Assembly: GCA_045128735.1 (NCBI GenBank)
Contig: JBGVRT010000052.1
Coordinates: 88,137 to 152,136 of the forward strand
Direction of reading: 5' to 3'
Source of the DNA: Eubacteriales bacterium
GTDB lineage: Bacteria > Bacillota > Clostridia > Oscillospirales > CAG-272
Length of the DNA stretch: 64,000 nucleotides
The notes under the pieces are model-generated. The model was given only the letters and a program-made list of their open reading frames with translations, was not told the DNA's origin and did no database searches. The position numbers and the translations under genes are program-made. Below are positions 42,601 to 51,503 of this stretch, piece by piece (the stretch's first letter is position 1; each line of letters begins with the position of its first letter).

Positions 42601-43665
42601 TTATCTCATTTTCTTTCTTATGATGTCAAAATAAACATTCCAGTCGCGGCGGCTTAAATAGTGACCGTCCGTGCGTATCTGATAGCAAATATTTCCCTCG
42701 TCAAATACCGAACCGGGAGTGGGAAGGCGGTTGGGGTGAACAAATCCAACAAGTCCGAGATTTTCCCAAGCTTTTGATGCGGCACAACAGCCGAGATATT
42801 CAGCGTCGGGGTCAGCCCAGGTATCATCAGCCGCACTTCCGACAATAAGTGTTCTCGGCGCAATTGTTGCAAGAAGCATATGCTGGTCAAAGGTCAGCTT
42901 GCTTTCGTCAACGTAATTGGTGTAGTTCTTGCAGAACCAAAAGGGGAATGTTTTTGTTATGAAGTCAATGTGCTCGCCCTCTTTGGCGCGTGTTATCGAA
43001 GCACCGCTGCACCCGGAATCGTTGGAAATAACGTACTTAAAGCGGCTGTCAAGCATACCGGTTACAAGTGCAGTCTTGCCAAGACGTGAGTGACCGATGA
43101 CTGCCGCATTGTCAAAGTCAAGGCAATCAAGAGTCATAGCGTAGTCCATAACGCGCTGTGCCGCCCACGCCCACATCATAATCTTTCCGGGGTCATCACC
43201 CTTCCTTTCACCGTCGGGATAGAGTATTCCCGAAAGTCCGTTTGTCATATCCGCATTGTCGGATGTTACGTCTTCATAGTAGAAATGAAGTGCTGCGAAG
43301 CCGTTGTTTATAATTTCTTCCGTGGGGAAATACTTGTTGGGAACGCCGTTCTCAAAGTTTATTTCAACAAAGAAAGGATATTTTCCCGTCTTATTGGGAA
43401 GCACAACCGAAAAAGGAAATGAAAATTCTTTTCCAAGAATCTCGGTGTGGGCAATGACCTTGTAATAAGTTGCTGTTGCCGCCGCAAATCTGCCATTGAT
43501 TGGCTTTACCTTTTCAAACTCAAGTTTTGTGGGAGCGGGGAGAGGATAACCGTATTCCTCAGAGCAAAGCGTTTTGGTATATTCATTTTTTATATTTTCC
43601 CATTCTGCGGAATTAAAGTCACCTATGGGCTGTAAAACTCTTTCTTCAAGTAATTTGTTGATCAT
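42601..43665 (-). CDS. CE15-like (glucuronoyl esterase-type) alpha/beta hydrolase
   Basis: WAWAAQRVMDY, GHSRLGKTAL, SGCSG, FPFWF, DQHMLLATIAPR, DTWADP; ATG 43665 after AAGGAG. Confidence 0.8.
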   Translation of the reverse strand: MINKLLEERVLQPIGDFNSAEWENIKNEYTKTLCSEEYGYPLPAPTKLEFEKVKPINGRFAAATATYYKVIAHTEILGKEFSFPFSVVLPNKTGKYPFFVEINFENGVPNKYFPTEEIINNGFAALHFYYEDVTSDNADMTNGLSGILYPDGERKGDDPGKIMMWAWAAQRVMDYAMTLDCLDFDNAAVIGHSRLGKTALVTGMLDSRFKYVISNDSGCSGASITRAKEGEHIDFITKTFPFWFCKNYTNYVDESKLTFDQHMLLATIAPRTLIVGSAADDTWADPDAEYLGCCAASKAWENLGLVGFVHPNRLPTPGSVFDEGNICYQIRTDGHYLSRRDWNVYFDIIRKKMR

Positions 43666-43836
43666 AACAGACTCCTTAGTGCCAAATTTACGTAAGTATT
43701 CTACCACTTAATCATATTTTTGTCAATAAAATAAGCAGTTTTTGAATGAAAATTTTTTATTTTCAGCAAAACTGTTGAAATATTTACAATTATAGTGTAA
43801 AATATAAGGGAATGTATTTATACCCAGAGGAGAACT

Positions 43837-45129
43837 ATGATACCGTTAACCAAAAAGCTTTCACCGTGTCTGACCCTAAAAACGGTTTGCACCGATAAAT
43901 TCAAGACCGAAAGAATATCGGTTGTTATAAATGACTCACCCGATGCAAGACGAATGCCTGTAACGAAGTTCGTCTTTTCGGTGCTTAAATGCGGATGTAA
44001 GCAGTACCCAACCAAAAGAGAACTTAATAAGAGATTGGACGAGCTGTATTCCTCGGCTGTTTTTCCCATATTCTCACGCGGAGGCGGTAAGGTGTCGGTG
44101 GGATTTGGTGCGGAAATGCTGGGGAACGAGTACGCCTCTGATGATGTTAAGATTTTTGAGGGAACACTCGAATTGCTTTTTAAGCTTTTGTTTGAACCTG
44201 TACTTGACGAAAAGGGAAATTTTCTTGAAAAATACGTTGAGCGCGAACGAGAGGATATTTGCGACTCCATCAGGTCGGTTATCAACGTTCCGCGCACCTA
44301 TGCCATAAAAAGGCTTATTGAGGTTATGTACGAGGGCGATGACTTTGCAGTTCCGAGCAGCGGCACTGTTGAGATAGTCGAGTCGATAAGTACGGAAGAG
44401 CTGATGAGCACATACAGCGACCTTATTGAAAATTCATCATATGAAGTGTTTTATATCGGTGCAAAGACGGCAGAAGAGGTTGAGGAATGTGTCAAAAAAT
44501 ATTTTGAACGCTATTCGTTCGGGGCTCCCAAGACGGTAAAAAACAAGGTGGATTTCAGCGTTGATACTAAAAAGATAAAGCGTGTTGACGAGGAAATGAA
44601 GCTCTCACAGGGTATACTTACTTTGGGCTATAAGACGGGAGTGAATATAACCTGCGGCAGGGAGTTTTACGCCGCGTTGGTGCTTAATGAAATTTTTGGC
44701 GGTTCACCCGTATCAAAGCTCTTTATGAACGTTCGTGAAAGAATGAGCCTATGTTACTACTGCGGCTCGCGGTTCGACCCACATAAGGGACTTATATACG
44801 TTTCAAGCGGCATAGAAAAGAGCGACAGAAAGAAAGCCGAAAAGGAAATTATAAAGCAGTTTAACGAGATTGTCCGCGGCAACGTGGATGAGGCAGAGTT
44901 TAATGCGGCGAAAAAGTCGATTGTAAATGTCTATTCCGAAACTACCGATTCAGCATCGGGAATCGAGCGTTTTTACAGCTTGAGAGACGAATACGGCGTT
45001 AGCGATAGCATTGAAGAAGCAAAAATGAAAATAAACGCGGTTTCCCTGGAAGAAGTGATTGAAATAGCGAAGAAAACAAAGCTTGATACCGTATATTTTC
45101 TGTGCGGAAAGGAGAACTGCGATGAATAA
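43837..45129 (+). CDS. M16 peptidase-like subunit lacking HxxEH (YmfF-like)
   Basis: TDKFKT, LDELY, FGGSPVSKLFMNVRE..SLCYY; paired with the next gene. Confidence 0.85.
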   Translation: MIPLTKKLSPCLTLKTVCTDKFKTERISVVINDSPDARRMPVTKFVFSVLKCGCKQYPTKRELNKRLDELYSSAVFPIFSRGGGKVSVGFGAEMLGNEYASDDVKIFEGTLELLFKLLFEPVLDEKGNFLEKYVEREREDICDSIRSVINVPRTYAIKRLIEVMYEGDDFAVPSSGTVEIVESISTEELMSTYSDLIENSSYEVFYIGAKTAEEVEECVKKYFERYSFGAPKTVKNKVDFSVDTKKIKRVDEEMKLSQGILTLGYKTGVNITCGREFYAALVLNEIFGGSPVSKLFMNVRERMSLCYYCGSRFDPHKGLIYVSSGIEKSDRKKAEKEIIKQFNEIVRGNVDEAEFNAAKKSIVNVYSETTDSASGIERFYSLRDEYGVSDSIEEAKMKINAVSLEEVIEIAKKTKLDTVYFLCGKENCDE

Positions 45130-46420
45130 GGTCGAATTTTCGGATAGCAGACTTAAGGAACGCTATTACAAGCTTACGCATAAAAGCGGACTTGATATTT
45201 ACGTTTTTCCTAAAAAAATGACGGGCACTTACGCGCTTTTCGGTACAGAGTACGGCTCGGTTGATAATTGCTTCAAAATCAAGGGCGAGAACGGGTTTGT
45301 TACAGTTCCCGACGGAATTGCCCACTATCTTGAGCACAGAATGTTTACTCAAAAGGACGGAAGTGACATAACAGAACGCTTTTCTGCTTGCGGTGCCGAT
45401 TCTAACGCATATACGTCCTTCAATAAAACAGTGTACCTTTGCAGTGCTACGGATAATTTTGAGGAGGCGTTTGCCGCGCTTCTTGATTTTGTTACAGAGC
45501 CTAATTTCACCGAGGAGCTTGTTGAAAAAGAGCGCGGTATAATTATTCAGGAGATTAAAATGACCGACGATTCGCCCTATTCAAGGGGATATCGCCGTGT
45601 GCTCGAGTCTATGTACAAGAGCAACAGTGTCCGCATGGATATTGCGGGAAGCGTTGAAAGCGTATCAAAGATAACCGCTGATATGCTTAATAAATGCTAT
45701 AAAACCTTTTATACTCCAAACAATATGGCGGTAGTTGTATGCGGTGACGTTACTCCGGAAAAAATTATGGAGATAGCAGATAAAACAATTCCCGACGGAT
45801 TTGAGGCTGTAGAGGTTGAGCGCAACTACAGTAACGATGAGCCCGATGAGGTGAGTGTGGCTCTTTGCGAGGACTATATGGAGGTCTCAAAGCCTATATT
45901 CACCATAGGTATTAAGGATAACAAGCTGTGTGGAGACGATAGGCAAAGAATGAAAAAGTTTACCGAAATGGCGGTGCTTTGCGAGCTTGTCTTCTCAAGA
46001 TCGGGAGAGCTTTATAACAATCTTTTTGAAAGCGGAATGATAACTCCTGATTTCAGCGCATCTTATCTCACTTCAAAAACCTTTGCCTATACGGTTATTT
46101 CGGGCGAGTCGGATAAGCCTTGTGATGTGTTTGAGTGTATCAAGAACTCTATAAAGAGCTTTAGCTTTACCGCCGAGGAGCTTTCAAGGTGCAAACGCGT
46201 GCTGTATGCCGAATTTGTTATGGACTTTGATTCTACCGAGGAAATAGCCAATAATATGATTGATTATATTTTCGAGGGCTTTGATCTGTTTGAATACGGT
46301 CGTGTTCTTGAATCGGTGACAGAGGATGACGTAAAGGCGTTGCTTGGCTCTATGTTCAAAGACGAATATTATTCGATGTCGGTTGTTTATCCGATAGAAA
46401 GAGAAGGGAGCAAAAAATGA
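45122..46420 (+). CDS. M16 metallopeptidase (YmfH-like)
   Basis: VPDGIAHYLEH, NAYTSF, EKERGII.QEI.M. Confidence 0.9.
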   Translation: MNKVEFSDSRLKERYYKLTHKSGLDIYVFPKKMTGTYALFGTEYGSVDNCFKIKGENGFVTVPDGIAHYLEHRMFTQKDGSDITERFSACGADSNAYTSFNKTVYLCSATDNFEEAFAALLDFVTEPNFTEELVEKERGIIIQEIKMTDDSPYSRGYRRVLESMYKSNSVRMDIAGSVESVSKITADMLNKCYKTFYTPNNMAVVVCGDVTPEKIMEIADKTIPDGFEAVEVERNYSNDEPDEVSVALCEDYMEVSKPIFTIGIKDNKLCGDDRQRMKKFTEMAVLCELVFSRSGELYNNLFESGMITPDFSASYLTSKTFAYTVISGESDKPCDVFECIKNSIKSFSFTAEELSRCKRVLYAEFVMDFDSTEEIANNMIDYIFEGFDLFEYGRVLESVTEDDVKALLGSMFKDEYYSMSVVYPIEREGSKK

Positions 46421-47340
46421 TAGATAAGCTTACGGGTGATCAGGTTCTAATTTCATTTCCCGGATTAGGGATTGACGAGTTTATTCTCAATAAGGTAGCC
46501 TTAAAAATAGGATCACTTGAAATAAGATGGTACGGAGTTCTTATTGCAATGGGTATGGTTCTTGCTTTTCTTTACGCAGGATACCGGGCAAAGCAGAACG
46601 GAATAATTCTTGACGACCTGCTTGATATGGGGCTTTTTGCCGTAATATTCGGCGTTATCGGAGCAAGACTTTATTACGTTATTATGGAACACGATTCCTA
46701 CCATTCGTTCTATGACGTTATAGCAATATGGAACGGCGGACTCGCTATTTACGGCGGAGTTATAGGCGGCGCGCTTGCGGTGTTCTGTGTGGCTAAATAT
46801 AAGTCGAGAAAAGGGAAGAAGATAAGCTTTCCTCTGTGTGCCGATATGATATTACCGGGTGTAATGATAGCCCAGTCGCTCGGACGTTGGGGCAACTTCT
46901 TTAACGGCGAGGCGTACGGCGGAGTCGTTCCCGAAGGTAGCTTACTTTATTTCCTCAGAATGGGAATTTTTCCGAATAACATTTATTCCGGCATATCCGA
47001 CATAGCTTACGTACACCCGACTTTCCTTTATGAGTCACTTTGGAACGTGCTTGGCTTCGTGCTGATAAACGTCTTTTATAAAAAGAAAAAGTTTGACGGT
47101 GAAGTTGGACTTTGGTACGTTACCTGGTACGGCTTTGGCAGAATGCTTATTGAGGGCTTGCGCACCGACAGCCTTTACGTCGGTCCCATAAGAATATCTC
47201 AGCTTGTGGGATTTGTGTGCTTTATAGTTGGCGCTGGACTTATCACATGGCGCAGAATTGTTGTTTACAAACAGCAGAAAAATGCGTGTGCTGAAGTCGC
47301 GTCTGAAGAAAAGGAGAATGAAAATGGCGAAAATAATTGA
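46417..47340 (+). CDS. lgt: Prolipoprotein diacylglyceryl transferase
   Basis: IRWYG, GARLYYV, GGLAIYGG, GRWGNFFNGEAYG, HPTFLYES. Confidence 0.96.
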   Translation: MIDKLTGDQVLISFPGLGIDEFILNKVALKIGSLEIRWYGVLIAMGMVLAFLYAGYRAKQNGIILDDLLDMGLFAVIFGVIGARLYYVIMEHDSYHSFYDVIAIWNGGLAIYGGVIGGALAVFCVAKYKSRKGKKISFPLCADMILPGVMIAQSLGRWGNFFNGEAYGGVVPEGSLLYFLRMGIFPNNIYSGISDIAYVHPTFLYESLWNVLGFVLINVFYKKKKFDGEVGLWYVTWYGFGRMLIEGLRTDSLYVGPIRISQLVGFVCFIVGAGLITWRRIVVYKQQKNACAEVASEEKENENGENN

Positions 47341-48178
47341 CGGAAAAGCAATATCAAAGCAGATAAGAGAAGAAATTGCGGCTGAAACCGCCGCTTTTGC
47401 CGAGAAAAACGGCTTTAAGCCGGGACTTGCGGTAGTTATAGTCGGCGAAGATCCCGCGTCTCAGGTTTACGTAAGGAACAAAAGAAAGGCATGCGATGAG
47501 GTGGGATTTTATTCCGAGTCGTACGAGCTTCCTGCCGAGACAACGCAGGAGGAGCTTGAGGCTCTCGTGGACAAGCTTAATAACGACGATGCAATTCACG
47601 GTATTCTCGTTCAGCTTCCGTTGCCAAAACACCTTGATGAGACTCGCGTGCTTCTCAAAATAGACCCCAACAAGGACGTTGATGCCTTTCACCCTTATAA
47701 CGTAGGAAAAATAATGATAGGCGATTACAGCTTTTTACCCTGTACCCCTGCGGGAGTTATGGCTCTTATTGAAAGAAGCGGCATTGACGTATGCGGTAAA
47801 AAATGTGTTGTTATTGGTCGCTCCAATATAGTCGGTAAGCCTATGGCAATGCTTCTACTTCACTCTCACGGCACTGTAACAATATGCCACAGCAGAACGA
47901 AGGACCTCGCAGCTATATGTAAGGAGGCAGATATTCTCGTTGCGGCTATCGGTAAGGCAGATTTTGTTGGTGCTGATATGATAAAGGAGGGCGCGGTGGT
48001 TATCGACGTCGGAATGAACCGCAAGGCAGACGGAAAGCTTACAGGTGACGTTAACTTTGCCGAGGCTGAGCCTCTTGCTTCTTATATCACTCCCGTTCCC
48101 GGCGGTGTAGGTCCTATGACCATTACAATGCTTATGCAGAACACTCTTACCGCGGCAAAGAATAAGGCGGCAAAGTAA
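47324..48178 (+). CDS. folD: Methylenetetrahydrofolate dehydrogenase/cyclohydrolase
   Basis: IDGK, YVRNK, GILVQLPLP, KDVD, PCTP, GRSNIVGKP, TPVPGGVGPMT. Confidence 0.97.
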   Translation: MAKIIDGKAISKQIREEIAAETAAFAEKNGFKPGLAVVIVGEDPASQVYVRNKRKACDEVGFYSESYELPAETTQEELEALVDKLNNDDAIHGILVQLPLPKHLDETRVLLKIDPNKDVDAFHPYNVGKIMIGDYSFLPCTPAGVMALIERSGIDVCGKKCVVIGRSNIVGKPMAMLLLHSHGTVTICHSRTKDLAAICKEADILVAAIGKADFVGADMIKEGAVVIDVGMNRKADGKLTGDVNFAEAEPLASYITPVPGGVGPMTITMLMQNTLTAAKNKAAK

Positions 48179-48179
48179 T

Positions 48180-48884
48180 ATGTTCAAAATAAAATTAGCG
48201 GGAATAAACGTTCTTGTTCACAACAAGTACGGCTATACCGAGCTTCTGTGTCGCGATTATGTGACCGACGAGGAGCATACCGATTTTGAAGTTGCTGCAA
48301 TCGAAAGCGATATTGTCAATGAGATAAAAAGCGCCGATATTCCGATAACCGCAGACTATGCCGAGTCGGTTTGTCTACACAGAGAGATAGCCGAAAGACT
48401 TGCAGAATACGATGCTTTTGTGCTTCATTCGGCACTTATTGAGTGTGATGGAAAGGGAATTGCCTTTACCGCGAGAAGCGGCGTGGGGAAATCAACGCAT
48501 ATCGCACTTTGGAAAAAGGTGTATGGTAAAAGTGTCAGAATCGTAAACGGTGATAAACCGATAGTAAGATTTTCAGACGGCGTAGCCTATGGCTTTGGAA
48601 CACCGTGGTGCGGAAAAGAAAACGCAGGCGAAAATATTTACTGCAAATTTGAGGCACTTTGCTTTCTCGAACGCGGAAAGGAAAATGTTATCTTTCCATT
48701 GGCGGCAGAGCTTGGAGCGATATCGCTGTTAAGTCAGATCTATATACCGAAGGATTCCGAAAACGCCGCTAAAACACTTGAGCTTGCAGACAGATTTGCA
48801 CAAAACGTTTCGTTCTACAAACTCGCCTGCAATACCGACGACGAGGCGGCTCGGATCTCACACAACGCAATTATGAAAGGTTGA
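48180..48884 (+). CDS. HPr-kinase-related P-loop protein
   Basis: LHSA, Walker A ARSGVGKSTH, NGDKP, GTPWCGKE. Confidence 0.7.
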   Translation: MFKIKLAGINVLVHNKYGYTELLCRDYVTDEEHTDFEVAAIESDIVNEIKSADIPITADYAESVCLHREIAERLAEYDAFVLHSALIECDGKGIAFTARSGVGKSTHIALWKKVYGKSVRIVNGDKPIVRFSDGVAYGFGTPWCGKENAGENIYCKFEALCFLERGKENVIFPLAAELGAISLLSQIYIPKDSENAAKTLELADRFAQNVSFYKLACNTDDEAARISHNAIMKG

Positions 48885-49157
48885 ATGGTTATGAAAATAA
48901 AAAACGGATTTATTTCAAGACAGGTGGCAGGAAGCAACGTAGTTGTCGCCACCGGCGAGCAAAGCAAGAATTTTAACGGAATAATTAAGCTCAACGACAG
49001 CGGAAAGCTTCTTTGGGATAAGCTTTTTTCGGGCGCAACTCAAGATGAACTTATTGCGGCTTTGCTGGATGAATATGAAATCGACCGCGCAACCGCTGAG
49101 GCTGACGTAGAGAAATTTATAGGAGAACTTCGCAATGCAGGGGCTGTCGAGGACTGA
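48885..49157 (+). CDS. PqqD/RRE-family protein
   Basis: 90 aa; LNDSGKLLW, L..EYEID...A..DV..F...L...G. Confidence 0.85.
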   Translation: MVMKIKNGFISRQVAGSNVVVATGEQSKNFNGIIKLNDSGKLLWDKLFSGATQDELIAALLDEYEIDRATAEADVEKFIGELRNAGAVED

Positions 49158-49617
49158 GTTTGACCTTGCGGAATATGCTCCGATTATTTCCGAGGTGATT
49201 GAAAGCGGCGGAGAATTCAGACTTTTTCCGCGTGGAACAAGTATGCTTCCGCTTATCAGACAAGGGGTTGACTCGGTGATACTTGTCAAGCCCGATGAGA
49301 AGCTCAAAAAGCGCGAAATAATCTTTTACAGACGTGATAACGGGCAGTTTGTGTTGCACCGTATACTTAAGGTGTCAAAGGACGGTACCTATATTTTGTG
49401 CGGAGATAACCAGACCGTGCTTGAAAAACAGGTAAAGAATGATTCTGTAATAGCATCTGTTTCCGCCGTGTACAGAGGTGAAAAGCGCGTTGACGCAACA
49501 GCTTTTTCGTTTCGCGTATATCAATTCTTTTGGTGCGTTATGCCTATAAGAAAAATCATCTTTTTGGCAAGGCGTATTTTGTCAAAGATAAAGCAAATAT
49601 TCAAAGGGCAGGCGTAA
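49135..49617 (+). CDS. S24/S26-family peptidase (Ser-His type)
   Basis: GTSMLPLI, VLHRI, GDN; exact start uncertain. Confidence 0.78.
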   Translation: MQGLSRTEFDLAEYAPIISEVIESGGEFRLFPRGTSMLPLIRQGVDSVILVKPDEKLKKREIIFYRRDNGQFVLHRILKVSKDGTYILCGDNQTVLEKQVKNDSVIASVSAVYRGEKRVDATAFSFRVYQFFWCVMPIRKIIFLARRILSKIKQIFKGQA

Positions 49618-49630
49618 GTCTGCCTTTTTT
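49602..49630 (+). terminator. Intrinsic terminator
   Basis: GGGCAGGC-gtaa-GTCTGCCT followed by T run. Confidence 0.75.
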
Positions 49631-49698
49631 ACCGCTTGCCTTTTGTAATTAACCGAACGCCGAAAACCTATTGAAATATTTTTTTGATTATGTATAAT
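49631..49698 (+). promoter_or_regulatory. Putative LytTR direct-repeat site and promoter
   Basis: ACCGCTTGC-N12-ACCGAACGC, then TTGAAA-16 bp-TATAAT. Confidence 0.55.
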
Positions 49699-49720
49699 GA
49701 GCTTGTAAGGAGGTGAATTC

Positions 49721-50152
49721 ATGAAGTGCAAAACTGTAGTTGACAAAATAAGAGAGGAAGAAGTTGTAATCTACGTCCATCAAAGCTCACAGCTCTCGGC
49801 TGACATAGAAAATTACGTCCGTGCGCGAAGTGAGGAGCTGTTTGGCTTCGACGACAAAAACGCGGTAAAGCTTAACCGTTCGGAGATTTTCTGCTTTACC
49901 GTGGAAAACGACAGAGTTTACGCCTACACCGAAAAAGAACGTTTTTTGATAAAAAGGCGGCTCTATGAGGTTGAGGAAACACTTGACGGTGGATTTGTGA
50001 AAATCAATCAATCCTGCATTGTCAACGTTGAGAAAATTATGCGGTTTGATGCCTCGTTTTCGGGCACGCTGTCTGTCACACTAAAAAACGGATATAAGGA
50101 TTACGTGTCAAGACGGCAAATTAAAAAAGTAAAAGAAAGGATAGGAATATGA
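49721..50152 (+). CDS. Stand-alone LytTR-family regulator (no receiver domain)
   Basis: RLYEVEE.L...FVKINQSCIVN, LKNG...YVSRR. Confidence 0.9.
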   Translation: MKCKTVVDKIREEEVVIYVHQSSQLSADIENYVRARSEELFGFDDKNAVKLNRSEIFCFTVENDRVYAYTEKERFLIKRRLYEVEETLDGGFVKINQSCIVNVEKIMRFDASFSGTLSVTLKNGYKDYVSRRQIKKVKERIGI

Positions 50153-50565
50153 ATAAGTATTTGAAGGAATTTTTACATCGAGGACTTATGTTTGGCGGAT
50201 TCGGACCGATAATTGCGGGAATAATTTATTTTATTCACGACGGCTTTATAGGTGATATCGCTATTGACGGCACAGTCAGCTTTATTGCAATAATATCAAC
50301 TTATCTGCTTGCCTTTGTTCACGCAGGGGCAAGTGTGTTCAATCAGATTGAGAATTGGTCAATTCCAAAATCTTTGTTTGCGCATCTGTCAACTCTGTAT
50401 CTCGCATATCTGGCGTGCTATCTCTTTAATTCGTGGATACCCTTTAAGATTGAGGTAGTGCTGATTTTCACGCTCTGCTTTGTTGTTGCTTATCTTGTGA
50501 TATGGCTTGCGGTGTATTTTATTGTCAAAGCAGTAGAAAAAAAGCTTAATTCGCGCCTCTTGTAG
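50149..50565 (+). CDS. DUF3021-like membrane protein
   Basis: Four TM; GASVFNQIENWS, H, WIP; ATGA-coupled to the LytTR gene. Confidence 0.8.
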   Translation: MNKYLKEFLHRGLMFGGFGPIIAGIIYFIHDGFIGDIAIDGTVSFIAIISTYLLAFVHAGASVFNQIENWSIPKSLFAHLSTLYLAYLACYLFNSWIPFKIEVVLIFTLCFVVAYLVIWLAVYFIVKAVEKKLNSRLL

Positions 50566-50625
50566 ATTGACAAAAGCTTTGGTGTGTGATATAATTTGTT
50601 TGATAAACCACACGGAGGGCAAAAA

Positions 50626-51342
50626 ATGCTGTTTTTCTACGTTCGTCACGGAGACCCCATATATAATCCCGACCAGCTTACACCTCTTGGCGAGAGACAA
50701 GCCGAGGCGGTTGCTAAAAGACTTGCACTTTACGGAATAGATAAGATCTACTCTTCAACCTCAAATCGCGCTATTCAAACTGCACAGCCAACCGCAGAGA
50801 TACTCAAAAAGGATATCGAACAGTTGGATTTTGCAAAAGAAGGATACGCGTGGCGAGAGTTTACCGCAAAGGATAGTGCGGATCGCCAGAAGTGGCTTTT
50901 CCAGGACGATATAATAAGACCGTTGCTTCTTGACAAAAAAATGCGTGACCTCGGTGATAAATGGTATGAGCATCCTTCGCTTGCCGACAGTAAGTGTAAA
51001 GAGGGAATTGAAAGAATAACCGCCGCTTCTGACGAGCTTTTCAGAAATCTCGGATATGAGCATATCGTGGGAACGGGTAAATATAAGGTCATAAACGATA
51101 ATAACGAGCGAGTTGCACTTTTTGCGCATCAAGGCTTTGGTCTTGCCTTTTTCAGTTGCTTCCTCGACATACCTTACCCTCAATTTGCAATGCACTTTGA
51201 TATGGGGCACACGGGAATGACCGTGGTTGAGTTCAAAAACGAAAACGGCTATGCGTATCCCAAGATACTTACCCTCGCCAACGACTCGCATCTCTACAGA
51301 GAAGGTTTGCCCACAAAATATCACAACGAAATATATTTCTAA
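50626..51342 (+). CDS. Histidine phosphatase (phosphoglycerate mutase) family protein
   Basis: YVRHG, LTPLG..QA, SS...RA.QTA, AHQG. Confidence 0.9.
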   Translation: MLFFYVRHGDPIYNPDQLTPLGERQAEAVAKRLALYGIDKIYSSTSNRAIQTAQPTAEILKKDIEQLDFAKEGYAWREFTAKDSADRQKWLFQDDIIRPLLLDKKMRDLGDKWYEHPSLADSKCKEGIERITAASDELFRNLGYEHIVGTGKYKVINDNNERVALFAHQGFGLAFFSCFLDIPYPQFAMHFDMGHTGMTVVEFKNENGYAYPKILTLANDSHLYREGLPTKYHNEIYF

Positions 51343-51491
51343 AAAGGGGCTGTCTCAAGTTTGGGAATGATTTCCATTTAATTGACAACCTATACAAAAA
51401 CACTTGCTTACCGATGGGGGTTCGCAAGTGTTTTTTGTTTAATTATCACAACAGAATTTCATAAAAAATCAATTTGAGACAGCCCCTTTTT
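51341..51491. repeat. About 150-bp element bounded by 18-bp perfect inverted repeats (MITE-like), with an internal hairpin
   Basis: AAAAAGGGGCTGTCTCAA (51341-51358) / TTGAGACAGCCCCTTTTT (51474-51491); inner AAAAACACTTGC / GCAAGTGTTTTT. Confidence 0.7.
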
Positions 51492-51503
51492 TATAATCGC
51501 CCC

